Source of the DNA: Pseudovirgaria hyperparasitica
Taxonomy: Eukaryota
Assembly: GCA_010093815.1 (NCBI GenBank)
Contig: ML996577.1
Direction: 5' to 3' (one strand)
Length of the DNA stretch: 64,000 nt
The notes beneath the pieces were generated by a model that was not told the DNA's origin, ran no database searches, and saw only the letters and a list, made by a program, of their open reading frames with translations. Of this stretch, positions 63,732 through 64,000 are shown piece after piece (position 1 is the stretch's first letter; every line of letters begins with the position of its first letter). Made by a program: the position numbers and the translations under genes.

Positions 63732-64000
63732 AATCCGTTTGTCCATAGTTACATGGGAAAGCTTGGCGCCCGATGCACGTCTGTGCCACTAACACGCGTT
63801 TTTATATATAATTAATATTTTACGGCATCGTCGCTATACTACACGTATATAGAGTCTATAACTATATAATATAGTATATAAGAGTTAGTATATATAATAT
63901 TTAGTATTTTTAACTTACTAACGCGTATATATATAGTACCCTAGGGCGTTATCTATCCCGATTCCATATATAGACGAATCAACTTCCTCCTATAATATAA
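63732..64000. mobile_element. Second copy of the TIR element family (left end), RIP-mutated, truncated by the window edge
   Basis: AATCCGTTTGTCCATAGTTACATGGGAAAGCTTGGC matches the 35973/36435 TIR, followed by TpA-rich sequence. Confidence 0.85.

Overview
Intron-containing genomic DNA of a filamentous ascomycete (Pezizomycotina-type genes, short GT/GC-AG introns with CTAAC/CTGAC branch points, RIP-like AT-rich relics). About 27 protein-coding genes can be reconstructed. Core genes are PRE9, a WW/FF splicing factor, BUD22, Cdc25/nimT, SLD5, RPB5 and PPM1. Metabolic genes include a GT31 glycosyltransferase, an acetate transporter, an MFS transporter, a fructosamine kinase, a carboxylesterase, a divergent HAD-IIA phosphatase/GldB-type aldo-keto reductase pair and a divergent 4CL-like ligase/3-hydroxyacyl-CoA dehydrogenase pair. 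There are two Zn2Cys6 regulators. Accessory or conflict-type genes are a frameshifted hydrolase-NACHT-WD40 NLR, a protein with a HeLo-like N-terminus, and a four-exon Tse2-like ADP-ribosyltransferase toxin-domain gene that the ORF track misses, sitting in a decayed island at about 30-34 kb. A non-autonomous TIR transposon family has one complete copy just upstream of BUD22 and a second copy inside the first intron of an S41 peptidase gene at the window end. No rRNA, tRNA or CRISPR was recognised. All family assignments come from motif recognition by eye and splice sites were inferred manually.
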